A stretch of 64,000 nt of DNA from an uncultured Candidatus Entotheonella sp. (GTDB lineage: Bacteria > Tectomicrobia > Entotheonellia > Entotheonellales > Entotheonellaceae): assembly GCA_965217185.1 (NCBI GenBank), contig OZ244252.1:2048001-2112000 (forward strand), read 5' to 3'. The notes below the pieces were generated by a model. The model worked only from the letters and a program-made list of their open reading frames with translations, had not been told where the DNA came from and made no database searches. Position numbers and translations under genes: made by a program. Positions 15,277 through 25,337 of this stretch are shown here, piece by piece; the stretch's first letter is position 1, and every line of letters begins with the position of its first letter.

Positions 15277-15547
15277 TAGAGCATTCCGTATCGGGTTGCA
15301 ACGGGAAGATATCGCCAACTCATTCACCCCCCTCCCTAGCCCTCCCCCTCAAGGGGGGAGGGGATCAGAGGACTGGCTTTCCCCCACAAGGGGGATCAGA
15401 GGACTGGCCCTCACGACGACGGGGGTTTTGCCCCCTCTGACGGGGGTTTTTGCTCCCTCTCCCTTGGCGGGAGAGGGTTGGGGGGAGGGGGAAAGGCAAA
15501 ACGAGACACGACCCGGATGCAAACCGTCTTGATGCGGACATGCTCTA
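15277..15547. mobile_element. MITE-like element with tagagcat...atgctcta ends and internal C/G-rich palindromes
   Basis: Terminal inverted repeats; internal ccctccctagccctccccc and ccctctccc...gggagaggg hairpins; related copy at 46986-47170. Confidence 0.6.
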
Positions 15548-15566
15548 GGAATTCGGAGGGCTTGCC

Positions 15567-16757
15567 ATGGCGCGCGAACGAACGCCGCAAGGCGTCGGCA
15601 GTCGTGCGGTTCACGGCGGTGAACGGCAGCAGCGCACGTCTGACGCGCTGACGGTGCCGATTTATCAAACCTCGACGTACGTGTTCCGTGATACCCAGGA
15701 GTTGATCGACTTCAAGGAAGGCCGTCTCGACAAGGGCGAGTACGGGCGCTACGGTAATCCCACCATACAGGCCGCGGAGCGTAAGATCGCCGCCCTCGAG
15801 CACGCCGACGGCGCCCTGCTATGGGCATCCGGCATGTGCGCCATCACGTCCACGCTCCTGACCCTGCTGCGCCCCGGGCAGCACATGATCATGACCGCCG
15901 ATTGCTACCGCCGCACGCGGCAGTTCTGCGACAGCATGCTGCAGCGGCTGGGCATCGACGTGTCGGTGGTGCCGGCGGCGCAGCCACAGGCGATCGAGGC
16001 GGCCGTGCAGCCCACAACCCGCTTGGTGCTTTCCGAGGCGCCGACCAATCCCTACCTCTACGTGCTCGATCTGGAAGAACTGGCGGCCATTGCGCAGCGG
16101 CACCGGCTGCGCACCTTGGTCGACAGCACCTTTGCCACGCCGTTCAACCAGAACCCCCTGAGCTTCGGTATCGATCTGGTCATGCACAGCGCCACCAAAT
16201 ACCTCGGTGGCCATAACGACTTGCTGGCCGGCGTCATCGTCGGAAAGGCGCCGATTATCGCCGCGCTGCGAGAGGCGCAGGGCGTCCTGGGCGGCATCAC
16301 CGACCCGAACGCCGCCTACCTGCTGATCCGCGGCCTCAAAACCTTCGCCCTGCGCATGCAGCAGCACAACGCCAACGGCATGGCTCTGGCGAGCTTTCTG
16401 GAGCAGCACCCACGCGTGCGGCGGGTATACTACCCTGGCCTTCCAAGCCACCCCTGCCACGCCGTCGCCGTGCGCCAGATGCGCGGCTTCGGCGGCGTCG
16501 TCAGCTTCGAGGTCGACGGCAGCCTCGAACAGACCAGCGCCTTCATCGACGCCTTGCGCCTGCCGTACATCGCGCCGAGCCTCGGCGGCGTCGAGAGCCT
16601 CGTCGAACAGCCCGCGCTGATGTCGTACTACGAACTGGCGCCGGATGAGCGCCGCGAGTTGGGCATCGCTGACAGCCTGGTGCGCTACGCCGCCGGCATC
16701 GAGGATACCGACGACCTGATTGCCGACGTCGATCAGGCCTTGGCCGTGTGCTGCTGA
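15567..16757 (+). CDS. PLP-dependent trans-sulfuration enzyme (cystathionine gamma-synthase/lyase family)
   Basis: PIYQTSTY, YGRYGNPT, DSTFATP, HSATKYLGGHND, PSLGGVESL. Confidence 0.93.
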   Translation: MARERTPQGVGSRAVHGGERQQRTSDALTVPIYQTSTYVFRDTQELIDFKEGRLDKGEYGRYGNPTIQAAERKIAALEHADGALLWASGMCAITSTLLTLLRPGQHMIMTADCYRRTRQFCDSMLQRLGIDVSVVPAAQPQAIEAAVQPTTRLVLSEAPTNPYLYVLDLEELAAIAQRHRLRTLVDSTFATPFNQNPLSFGIDLVMHSATKYLGGHNDLLAGVIVGKAPIIAALREAQGVLGGITDPNAAYLLIRGLKTFALRMQQHNANGMALASFLEQHPRVRRVYYPGLPSHPCHAVAVRQMRGFGGVVSFEVDGSLEQTSAFIDALRLPYIAPSLGGVESLVEQPALMSYYELAPDERRELGIADSLVRYAAGIEDTDDLIADVDQALAVCC

Positions 16758-16773
16758 GCGGCCTCGCCAGCGG

Positions 16774-16803
16774 TTGACGGGTGCGACGACAGCGCCCTAG
16801 AAT
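16774..16803 (+). promoter_or_regulatory. putative sigma70 promoter
   Basis: TTGACG-N18-TAGAAT about 60 bp upstream of the PC4 gene. Confidence 0.5.
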
Positions 16804-16862
16804 ACGCCGCTATCACAAAGTCACACTGTAGCCGGTACGAGAGCACAAAGGGGGGACACGGC

Positions 16863-17135
16863 ATGGACGAACTGATTGCCCAGTTTGAGAAGAACGCCAC
16901 CGAGGTCGTGCGCGTATCGTTAACGGAGTTTCGCGGGCGCAAATTAGTCGACGTGCGCGTCTACTACACGGACGACGAGGGCGAGTATCGTCCCACCCGC
17001 AAGGGCATCTCGCTGGCCGTCGATGGCTACCTGGATTTCCGCACCGCCGTCGCCCGCCTGGATAAATTCCTGCTCGACCGCAAGCTGATCACCGCCGATG
17101 ATATCCAGGACGCCCTGGTCCTTGAAGGCGAGTAG
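16863..17135 (+). CDS. PC4/YdbC-family ssDNA-binding protein
   Basis: VRVSLTEFRGRKLVDVRVYY...PTRKGISL. Confidence 0.88.
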   Translation: MDELIAQFEKNATEVVRVSLTEFRGRKLVDVRVYYTDDEGEYRPTRKGISLAVDGYLDFRTAVARLDKFLLDRKLITADDIQDALVLEGE

Positions 17136-17188
17136 CAGCCCCGATGTTCCCCGCCGTCCCACCTGTTTCCGCCACATGAGGAGAGATC

Positions 17189-18355
17189 ATGGCGCCGCAC
17201 GCCGCCCCCGAGCCGTTCCGCATTGACATTGCCGATTCCGTCCTCGACGACCTGCAGCAACGCCTTGCTCTGACCCGCTGGCCCGACGACGTACCCGGCA
17301 GCGAGTGGCAATACGGCACCAGCCTCGCCTACACAAAAGAACTTGTCGCCTACTGGCAGAACGACTACGACTGGCGCGTCCAGGAACGGCTGCTGAACAG
17401 TTTCCCGCAATACCGGGTGGGGCTGGACGGCGTGACCTTGCATTACATCCATCAGCCGGGGGTGGGGCCGGATCCGATGCCCCTGCTCATCAGCCACGGC
17501 TGGCCCGGCTCGATCTACGAATTCGTCAACGTCATCGGCCCCCTCACCGACCCGGAACGCTACGGCGGCGACCCGCAGGACGCCTTCACCGTGGTGGCGC
17601 CGTCGCTGCCGGGGTACGGCTTTTCGCACGTCCCGCACCAGCGTCGATTGAACGTGCAGGAGATTGCCGACCTGTTCGCCCGCCTGATGGCGGAGGTGCT
17701 GGGCTTCCGACGCTTCGGCGCCCAGGGGGGCGACTGGGGCTCTTTCATCACGGCGCGACTGGGCTTTGCGCACCCGCAGCATCTTACCGGGATACACGTC
17801 AACATGGTGCCGGTAGCGCCGCATCTCAGCGAGCGCACCGACCTGTCGGCTGACGAGGAGGCATTCCTCAAGGCGTCCGATGCCTGGCGGGCGGAAGAGA
17901 CCGGCTACCAGTGGATTCAGGGCACGCGGCCGCAGACGCTGGCGTATGCCCTGAACGATTCGCCCGCCGGCCTGGCGGCCTGGATCACCGAGAAGTTCCG
18001 CGCCTGGACCGACTGCCACGGCGACATCGAGAGCCGCGTCAGCAAGGACGCCCTGCTCACCAACATCATGATTTACTGGGTGACGCAGACGATCAACAGT
18101 TCGTTCTGGCTGTATTACCAGATGCGCCACGAGCCCTGGCGCCTCGGCCGCGGCGAGCGCATCGAGGTGCCCACCGCGGTAGCTTCTTTTCCGCGCGAGA
18201 TCATGCGGCCGCCGGAGGAATGGGTGAAGCGGGTGTGCAACGTGCGGCGCTGGACGCCAATGGCGGCGGGCGGCCACTTTGCCGCGCTGGAGGAGCCGCA
18301 GGCGCTGGTCGAAGACATCCGCGCGTTTTACCGGCCCTTGCGGGTGAAGGGGTAA
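17189..18355 (+). CDS. epoxide hydrolase (EHN + alpha/beta hydrolase)
   Basis: HGWPGS, PSLPGYGFS, QGGDWG, GGHFAALEEP. Confidence 0.95.
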   Translation: MAPHAAPEPFRIDIADSVLDDLQQRLALTRWPDDVPGSEWQYGTSLAYTKELVAYWQNDYDWRVQERLLNSFPQYRVGLDGVTLHYIHQPGVGPDPMPLLISHGWPGSIYEFVNVIGPLTDPERYGGDPQDAFTVVAPSLPGYGFSHVPHQRRLNVQEIADLFARLMAEVLGFRRFGAQGGDWGSFITARLGFAHPQHLTGIHVNMVPVAPHLSERTDLSADEEAFLKASDAWRAEETGYQWIQGTRPQTLAYALNDSPAGLAAWITEKFRAWTDCHGDIESRVSKDALLTNIMIYWVTQTINSSFWLYYQMRHEPWRLGRGERIEVPTAVASFPREIMRPPEEWVKRVCNVRRWTPMAAGGHFAALEEPQALVEDIRAFYRPLRVKG

Positions 18356-18369
18356 AGACAGTGCCAATC

Positions 18370-19659
18370 ATGCCGACGGCGGCGGAAACACCTGCGAACG
18401 GTGCCTCGACAAGCTGCGACGACGGGCTGCCCGAATACGGCGAATTCGTCGCCCGGCTCTACGAGACCGGCGTGCTGGACGACGCCTGGCACGACGGGGC
18501 GCCGCGATTCCGGCTGCAGGGCGTCGTGTTGCCTGCGGCCCGCGCGCGGGCGTTGCGCCGGGCCGCCGAACGTGTGGGCGCCGTGTACCAGGAACTCGTC
18601 GATCTCATTTGGGAAGAACCCCGCTGGCTGGACGACTACTTCTGTCTCACCCCGTACCAGAAGCTCATGTGGTTCGCCGCCCAGGGTCGCTGGCACGGCA
18701 TCGCACGGGCCGACCTGTTCGTGTGTGCCGACGGCAGTATCCGCTGCTGCGAGGTGAACAGCGACACGCCGAGCGGCGAGGCCGAAGCCGTGCTGCTCAA
18801 CCGCCTGCTGCACCCGTATCACGGCGCGGTGCAAGACCCCAACCGCTCACTGCCGGACGCCTTCTGGCGTATGCTAGTGGCCTCGCACGGCGGGCGAGTG
18901 CCGGGCACTATCGGCATCGTTTACCCGACGGAAATGACCGAAGACCTTTCCATGATTGCCATCTACCGCGAGTGGCTGGAGGCGCGCGGCTGCCGCGTGG
19001 TGCTGGGCTCGCCGTTCAATCTGCACGAGTGTGCGACGGGGGTGGGCATGTTCGGCGAGCCGCTCGATCTGCTGATCCGGCACTACAAGACGGACTGGTG
19101 GGGGGAACGGCAGGTCGTGTGGTCCGATGCCGAGCCGTATCCCGACGACGAGCCGTTGAGCGGTCCGCTGCGGTTGTTGCTGGCGGCGGAATACGCTGGC
19201 CGGGTGACGGTTGTTAACCCTTTCGGCACGGTGGTGAGCCAGAACAAGCTCAGCATGGCCTTCATGTGGGAAGAGCGCCGGCGGTTCTCAGGCGCCGCGC
19301 AGCGCTGGATCGCGCGCTATGTTCCCGAGACGTATCGCATGACGCAAGTGGCGCCTGGGGAACTGGTGGCGAATCAGCAGGACTGGGTATTGAAATCGGC
19401 CTACGGCTGCGAGAGCGAAGAGACGATCTGCGGGGCGTTCGTCAGCGCCGAACTGTGGCGCGAGGTGGTGGCCAAGGCCCTGCCGGCCAACTGGGTGTGC
19501 CAGCGCTTCTTTCGCGCTGAGCCGGATTCGCCGGGCCTTTTGTGCAATTATGGGGTTTACGTCATCGGCGGGCGCAGCGCCGGATTTTACGCGCGGTTGT
19601 CGGCGGCGGCGACGGATGAGACGGCAGTGACGGCGCCGGTATTCATCGGCGATGGTTAG
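18370..19659 (+). CDS. glutathionylspermidine synthase-like ATP-grasp protein
   Basis: ARADLF, CEVNSDTPSG, WVLKSAYGCES, WVCQRF, GFYAR; start probably 18361 or 18370 rather than 17911. Confidence 0.8.
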   Translation: MPTAAETPANGASTSCDDGLPEYGEFVARLYETGVLDDAWHDGAPRFRLQGVVLPAARARALRRAAERVGAVYQELVDLIWEEPRWLDDYFCLTPYQKLMWFAAQGRWHGIARADLFVCADGSIRCCEVNSDTPSGEAEAVLLNRLLHPYHGAVQDPNRSLPDAFWRMLVASHGGRVPGTIGIVYPTEMTEDLSMIAIYREWLEARGCRVVLGSPFNLHECATGVGMFGEPLDLLIRHYKTDWWGERQVVWSDAEPYPDDEPLSGPLRLLLAAEYAGRVTVVNPFGTVVSQNKLSMAFMWEERRRFSGAAQRWIARYVPETYRMTQVAPGELVANQQDWVLKSAYGCESEETICGAFVSAELWREVVAKALPANWVCQRFFRAEPDSPGLLCNYGVYVIGGRSAGFYARLSAAATDETAVTAPVFIGDG

Positions 19660-19669
19660 GGAGAGGGAA

Positions 19670-21001
19670 ATGAAGCAACCCGTACACGTGACGAATTGGT
19701 GGCAGGCGGTCGATCGCCGCACTTTTGGCAAGGGTGTGGTCGCTTTCACCGCCCTGCTCAGCATGAGCGGCTGCGGTTCGGAAGAAGAACTGAACGGCGA
19801 TACCCTCACCCTGCAACAGCAGCACGGCTGGAACGTTGGCGCCAAGGACCGCCGTCTGGTGTTTTCGGGCAAGCCGATGCAGCGCGACGCCGCCGGCTCC
19901 GGCGATTGGCAGGTCTACACCGACCCGAGCCGGCTGATCTCCGCTTGGCAACCGCGCCAAGCTGTCTGGCAGCCCTTCTTCGTGCCCACCCTCATGCAGG
20001 CCCTGCGGGAAGAATCCCTGCGCTCGCAGATACGCCCGATCATGAGCCCGCGCATGCAGGAAGCCTTCCGGCGCGGCCAGACGCTGCAACAGGACCTGCT
20101 GGGACAGGTCACCAATGCCTCGGAGACCTTCTTCATCGCCGACTTGCCGGGTCCGGAGGCGGTGGCCTTCGGCGCCGGCATGGCCAGCGGCGTGGACGTC
20201 CTGACAGCCTTCGACAACTGGCCGCATCCGCAAGGCGTCGTGCGCAGCCATGACACCCTCGCCGCCCTGTTGACCTTCGCCGAGGTGGTGCAGAAGCAGC
20301 GTGAATCGCTTCCCGACGGCGCTCCCGGCGTGCTGCTATTGGACAGCGATCGACTGGCGCCGTACGTCGACGAGAGCACGCAGTTCGATAACCGTTATCT
20401 GGCCAGCGCCCCCGGGGCGGCGGAGTTGCAACAGCGCGGTGTCAAGCAGGTCATGTACATCACCCCGAATCGCGGGCAGCGCAACGAAAGCGACGACCTC
20501 AACGCCCTGTTCGTCGAATACCAATCGGCCCAAATGGGCGTGGAGATATTCCCGCTCACCGATCTGGTGCCGGTGACGGAAACGGTCGAGCGCACCGAGC
20601 CGGACGGCACCCCCCAAACGGTGCGGGAGACGCACTACTACTACGGCGGCGGCCTGAACTCGCACCTCGGCTTCTTCCTCTTGTACTCCTTCTTGCTACC
20701 CCGTCCGATGCTTTATTACCCGATGTACGCCGGCGGCGGTTTTGCCGGGCGCGGCGTGGCCAGAGGCGATCTCAGGCGTCCGGCGGGCGTCCGGCGGCCG
20801 AACTACCAGGCCCGTCCGCGCCCCACGATGTTCAGCGGCAGAGGCGTGGGGGGCCAGCGCGGCGTCGGGCGACGCAAGCCCTCGGGCTTTGGCCGCACCA
20901 CGGTACGCAGCAGCGGCGGGCGCGTCACCGGGTTGGGCTCGCGTTCCCGCATGGGCCGACGCTCCGGGTCATTTGGACGCGGGCGGGGCTTCAGCCTGTA
21001 A
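19670..21001 (+). CDS. putative (Tat) lipoprotein with Gly/Arg-rich C-terminal tail
   Basis: DRRTFGKG...LSMSGC signal/lipobox; C-terminal RSGSFGRGRG. Confidence 0.7.
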   Translation: MKQPVHVTNWWQAVDRRTFGKGVVAFTALLSMSGCGSEEELNGDTLTLQQQHGWNVGAKDRRLVFSGKPMQRDAAGSGDWQVYTDPSRLISAWQPRQAVWQPFFVPTLMQALREESLRSQIRPIMSPRMQEAFRRGQTLQQDLLGQVTNASETFFIADLPGPEAVAFGAGMASGVDVLTAFDNWPHPQGVVRSHDTLAALLTFAEVVQKQRESLPDGAPGVLLLDSDRLAPYVDESTQFDNRYLASAPGAAELQQRGVKQVMYITPNRGQRNESDDLNALFVEYQSAQMGVEIFPLTDLVPVTETVERTEPDGTPQTVRETHYYYGGGLNSHLGFFLLYSFLLPRPMLYYPMYAGGGFAGRGVARGDLRRPAGVRRPNYQARPRPTMFSGRGVGGQRGVGRRKPSGFGRTTVRSSGGRVTGLGSRSRMGRRSGSFGRGRGFSL

Positions 21002-21013
21002 ACGGGGGCACCG

Positions 21014-21637
21014 ATGGCTACACAGGGCTTCATGGGGAAAATCAGCCGCTGGTTCGACGGCGCGTCGGATACCTACTTCTTCGGCCTGCAAATTGCCATC
21101 AAGAGCTTCGGCGAGGACACGGTGCGGGCAGGGTTTGCCCGCGTGCTGGAAGACACCCGCAGCAACAGCGGCAACGTGGACGAGAAACGCCGTTTCATCA
21201 AACGCTTTCTGGCCCTGCTGGAGGAGTCCGAACTGTTCTGGACATACGGGTATTGGGAGTATATCGATCAGGCCGAAGCTGCCAGGGAAGAGTTCGATAC
21301 GTGGCGGGACGAAATCGAGGGCAGCATCGCTACCGAGGAAGAAGAGATCGACGAGGAGATCGACGACCTGCGCCGCACCTCAAACCGCAAAGACTACGTC
21401 GTGGTAACGCTGGGGTTCCTGCTCGACGGTCCGTACCGCCCCGCCGAGGCCGTGGAGAGCGAGGACGCCGCCTTCCTGAAGGACACCTTCTCCGCCCTGG
21501 TGCAAGGCTTGACGACCATCGATCCGAGAACCATTCAGGCCGACGCCACCTACGTGGTGCCCGGCAACGAAGACGACGGCTTGTCCGAAGAGGACCTGTT
21601 CGACCCCGGATGGAACCATCTGCGCATCCTGCTGTAG
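21014..21637 (+). CDS. DUF1517-like protein
   Basis: GLQIAI...WTYG...YVVVTL...GLSEEDL pattern; operonic with the two upstream genes. Confidence 0.6.
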   Translation: MATQGFMGKISRWFDGASDTYFFGLQIAIKSFGEDTVRAGFARVLEDTRSNSGNVDEKRRFIKRFLALLEESELFWTYGYWEYIDQAEAAREEFDTWRDEIEGSIATEEEEIDEEIDDLRRTSNRKDYVVVTLGFLLDGPYRPAEAVESEDAAFLKDTFSALVQGLTTIDPRTIQADATYVVPGNEDDGLSEEDLFDPGWNHLRILL

Positions 21638-21652
21638 GGAACAGCGCGGAGC

Positions 21653-22198
21653 TTACAGGGCGTCGTCCCCGCCCTCCTCACGCAGGTGGACTTTCTGGTG
21701 GCCGTTGGAGCGGGGGCACATGTGGCCCTCGATGTCCATGGGACGTTGGCACAGGGGGCAGGCGGGGCGACCGCCGGCGACGGCCTCGGAGCAAGCCGCG
21801 CTCAGCATCCGCGCCTGCCGGCGGGTGAAGCGGCAGGAAAAAGTTGGCGGCAGATCGTCCTCGCCATCTTCGACGTCGTGGGCGACGAGGACCACACGGT
21901 CTTCGCTCGCTGCGTATCCCAAGGCCATGCGGCCCACTTTGAATTCCACCGTGGGATCGTCGGGAAACAGCGTGATGGTATCGACCTCCTCGCCGCTGTG
22001 CTGATCCGACGTGTTGAGTTGGTCGAGCAGGCGCGGCAAGGATTCCCCCAAGGTAGCCAGGAGTTGTTTCTCCACCCACAGGGCAGCCGATTGATCACCC
22101 TCCAGAACCCGCACCCGGAACGTCCGTTTGCCGGGCTCGCCGATTGATTCCGCGTCGATCGCGTCCACTGACGTAAAGTCGTACCGTGCATCTGCCAT
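21653..22198 (-). CDS. DUF3090-family protein
   Basis: IGEPGKRTF, VEKQLL, EFKVGRMALGY, GRPACPLCQRPMDIEGHMCPRSNGH. Confidence 0.85.
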   Translation of the reverse strand: MADARYDFTSVDAIDAESIGEPGKRTFRVRVLEGDQSAALWVEKQLLATLGESLPRLLDQLNTSDQHSGEEVDTITLFPDDPTVEFKVGRMALGYAASEDRVVLVAHDVEDGEDDLPPTFSCRFTRRQARMLSAACSEAVAGGRPACPLCQRPMDIEGHMCPRSNGHQKVHLREEGGDDAL

Positions 22199-22332
22199 CG
22201 TTTGTGTCCTATGTTGGTGCAAGTGAAGGGTCAGTTTACAGTATCGTACCCACTTGCAAGTTTCAAGGCGGGCCACGGCGTTTCTGTTGCAGGATTGCCG
22301 CGCGATCTGAAGCGACTACAGGGGGCGGGAGA

Positions 22333-23928
22333 TCAGCCCTGAACGCGGCTTTCGTGCGCCTGCCAATACGCCTCGCGCAGGGCGAATTTTTGCACCTTGC
22401 CGGTGGCGGTTTTGGGCAGATTGTCGAGGAATTCGACCGACTTGGGCGCCTTGAAATGGGCCATTCGGTCGCGACAGAAGGCGATCAATTCACGCTCGTC
22501 GGCGTGTCGCTGCGGCCTGAGGACCACCAGCGCCTTGGGCACCTCACCCCAGCGGCTGTCCGGCACCCCCACCACCGCCGCTTCGAGCACCGCCGGGTGT
22601 TCGTAGAGCATGGATTCCACCTCGACCGATGAGATGTTCTCACCACCGCTGATGATGACGTCCTTGAGGCGGTCGACCACCTCGATGTAGCCGTCTGGGT
22701 GCATCACCGCGAGGTCGCCGGTGTGGAACCAGCCGCCGCGCATGACGTTGGCGGTCTCCTCGGGTTGCTTGTAATAACCTTCCATCACGTTGTTGCCGCG
22801 CGCCACGATCTCGCCAATGGTTTGACCGTCCATCGGCACCTCGCATAGTTGCTCATCCATTACGCGCACGTCGGCGAAGAGCTGCGCGATGCCTTGCCGG
22901 GCTTTCAGGCGGTAGCGTGCTTGCACGTCCAGGCCGTCCCAGGCGGGTTGCGCTTCGCACGAGGTGAGGAAGGGGCCGGTCTCGGTGAGGCCGTAGAGGT
23001 GAACGACCTCGATGCCCAGGTCCTCCATGCGGCGCAACACTGCGGCGGCAGGCGCGGCGCCGCCGGTGCCGATGCGCACGCCGGCGGCCAGACGATAATC
23101 GCGGGCGGCATCGAAGGTCGCCAGGGTCACCAAGACGGTTGGCGCCGCGCAGGCCAGCGTAACGGCTTCGCCCTGCATCAGTTCGAAGATCGGTTGCGCT
23201 TCCACCCTGCGCAGGCAAACCTGGGTGCCGCCGAGTCCGGCCACGGCCCAGATGCCGCCCCAACCGTTGGCATGGAACATCGGCAGGGTGTGCAGGTACA
23301 CGTCCGTCGGGCGCACGTTGAGGGACGTCATGAAGTGAATGGCATTGATGGTGCAGGCGCGGTGCGTCAGCATGACGCCCTTGGGCCGCGCCGTGGTGCC
23401 GCTGGTGTAGTTCAGCGTGGCGAGATCGGTTTCGTCGAGAACCGGCGCCTCGGGGCAGTTAGCGGGAGCCGAGGCAAGGGCATCCTCGTAATCCACGGCG
23501 GGGAGGGCGGCGCTTGGCGTCTCGTCGTCGCGCAGCAGAAGGTAATGCCGCAGGCTTGTCAGGCGCTCCATCAGTGGGGCAATCAGGTGGGCGCATTCCC
23601 AGTCGATCAGCAGCGCTTTCGTTTCGGCGTGGTCCAGGATGTATTCGAAATCCGGCGTGGTGAGGCGGTAGTTGAGGGGCGCCAGAACCGCGCCGATTTG
23701 CGGCACGGCGAAGAAGGCTTCCAGCATGCGGTGGCTGTTTGGCGACAGGACGGCGACCTTGTCCCCCTTGCCGATGCCGCGCTGGCGCAGGGCGTTTGAC
23801 AGCCGGTGCACCCGCTCCTCCAACTGGCGATACGTGTAGCGGTGCTCACCGTCGATGACAGCCGTTTTGTCGGGAAAGAGCCGCGCCGCGCGGCGCAGGA
23901 ATTGCGAGGGCAGGAGGGGCTCGAACAT
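22333..23928 (-). CDS. acyl-CoA synthetase (AMP-binding)
   Basis: YTSGTTARPKG, YGLTET, FHTGDL, GGENISSVEVE, PKTATGK. Confidence 0.95.
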   Translation of the reverse strand: MFEPLLPSQFLRRAARLFPDKTAVIDGEHRYTYRQLEERVHRLSNALRQRGIGKGDKVAVLSPNSHRMLEAFFAVPQIGAVLAPLNYRLTTPDFEYILDHAETKALLIDWECAHLIAPLMERLTSLRHYLLLRDDETPSAALPAVDYEDALASAPANCPEAPVLDETDLATLNYTSGTTARPKGVMLTHRACTINAIHFMTSLNVRPTDVYLHTLPMFHANGWGGIWAVAGLGGTQVCLRRVEAQPIFELMQGEAVTLACAAPTVLVTLATFDAARDYRLAAGVRIGTGGAAPAAAVLRRMEDLGIEVVHLYGLTETGPFLTSCEAQPAWDGLDVQARYRLKARQGIAQLFADVRVMDEQLCEVPMDGQTIGEIVARGNNVMEGYYKQPEETANVMRGGWFHTGDLAVMHPDGYIEVVDRLKDVIISGGENISSVEVESMLYEHPAVLEAAVVGVPDSRWGEVPKALVVLRPQRHADERELIAFCRDRMAHFKAPKSVEFLDNLPKTATGKVQKFALREAYWQAHESRVQG

Positions 23929-23942
23929 CTCCGACCTTTCTT

Positions 23943-24329
23943 CTATTCGTCAGCCGGCGGCGTGTAGGGCGGCACGGCCAGCGTGCGCACGAAGGCGACC
24001 ACGTCCTGGATCTGCTGCGCCGACAGGATGTCCTTCCAGGCCGGCATGATGGGCGACAGCCCGGCCGCTGCGCCGCCGCCGCCGATGACTTTCAGGAGGT
24101 GGGCGTCGCTCAGGGCATTCATGTAGGCGCCGTCGGTGTGGTTGCGCGGCTTGGGGTCCAGGTTGGCCGATAGGGAGCCGTCGCCCTTGCCTTGCGGGCC
24201 GTGGCACAGGGCGCAGTACTGCGTATAGATTTCCTGGCCGGCGGCGGCGTCCTGAGCGTGGCCGGCCAGCGGCCACAGCAGCAGGCAGGCGAGGGCCAGA
24301 GCGGAGAGGCACGGGAGCGGTTTCAGCAT
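23943..24329 (-). CDS. monoheme cytochrome c
   Basis: Signal peptide, CALCHG, MPAW. Confidence 0.9.
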   Translation of the reverse strand: MLKPLPCLSALALACLLLWPLAGHAQDAAAGQEIYTQYCALCHGPQGKGDGSLSANLDPKPRNHTDGAYMNALSDAHLLKVIGGGGAAAGLSPIMPAWKDILSAQQIQDVVAFVRTLAVPPYTPPADE

Positions 24330-24364
24330 GGGATTCTCCTCAGGCGACAGGGACAGGCGATGGG

Positions 24365-25306
24365 TCACTTGCTGGGTTCAACGGGAAACGCGTCGAGCGG
24401 GAAGAACTCGTAGCGCACGTACAGATCGGTGATGGTGCCCGGGGTTTCGTAGCTGGGGCGGAAGACGACGGCAAACTGTTTTTCCTCACCGGGGGCCAGG
24501 GTTTGTTGCAGGTAGCAGAAGCAGTAGATGATGTCGAGGTAGTCGGCGTGCTCCGGAGTCACGAAGACGTGCCGGGCCTTGCCGGTGACGGGCGTATCGG
24601 CCAGGTTTTTGACCCGGTAATAGGTTTGCAGGGTTTCGCCGGGCATGGCGCGCAGGGTTGGCTGCAGCGGTGCGAACGACCACGGCAGACCGGCCATCGT
24701 CTGCGCGTCGAAATGAATCTCGAGGGCCGCGGTCCAGCCCAGCACGACTCGCCATTCACCGTGTTCGCGGACCAGGGTCCAGGTTTCTTCGCCGCCGGTG
24801 ATCAGGGGTAATTGGTCGGCGGTCGCGAGTTGCCGCAGTTGCCGGCCGCGGGCGGCGCGCTCGCCGGCGGGGAGCGCCTTGAGGCCCTGTTGATCAAAGC
24901 CGAGCAGGAGGGTGCGCAGGGCCGAGTCATGGGTGTCCGGCACGATGGCCCTGAACGTCACGGTGGCGTCGTCCTGGCCCTTGATGTTGATGCTGCTGTA
25001 CTCGAAGCGGATGAACTCCGCCAGCAAGGTGGTGAGATTGAGCGCGGCGCCCGAGAAGGCGCCGTTTTCCTTCACGTAGTCACGTTTGGTTTTCAACTCG
25101 CGGTCGGCTTGTGCAATCAATTCGTAGGCGGTGGCAAAGTCGCGGGCGTAGATGGCTCGGAGGTAGGCTTCGAGCGTTTCCTCCGGGGGCTGGGCGGCAA
25201 ACGCCGCGCTGGCCGCAGCGGGGAGCGCGAACAGCAGCAGCGCCGCCAGAATGGTGGCCAGCGGTTTCAAGGCGATACGGGCGACGGGGTGGGAGGCTGG
25301 TTTCAT
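24365..25306 (-). CDS. exported protein with C-terminal CtaG/Cox11-like copper-chaperone domain
   Basis: Signal peptide; LPWSFAP, PGE, IYCFCYLQQTLAPGE (Cox11 CFC motif). Confidence 0.75.
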   Translation of the reverse strand: MKPASHPVARIALKPLATILAALLLFALPAAASAAFAAQPPEETLEAYLRAIYARDFATAYELIAQADRELKTKRDYVKENGAFSGAALNLTTLLAEFIRFEYSSINIKGQDDATVTFRAIVPDTHDSALRTLLLGFDQQGLKALPAGERAARGRQLRQLATADQLPLITGGEETWTLVREHGEWRVVLGWTAALEIHFDAQTMAGLPWSFAPLQPTLRAMPGETLQTYYRVKNLADTPVTGKARHVFVTPEHADYLDIIYCFCYLQQTLAPGEEKQFAVVFRPSYETPGTITDLYVRYEFFPLDAFPVEPSK

Positions 25307-25337
25307 GGATGCGAGCCTGGAAAATGAGGTTGCATGT

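Noticed and set aside
22250..22259. ccacttgcaa resembling the IS terminal repeat
   Set aside because: Only 10 bp, no partner end, and it also occurs inside a coding region (50466); chance.
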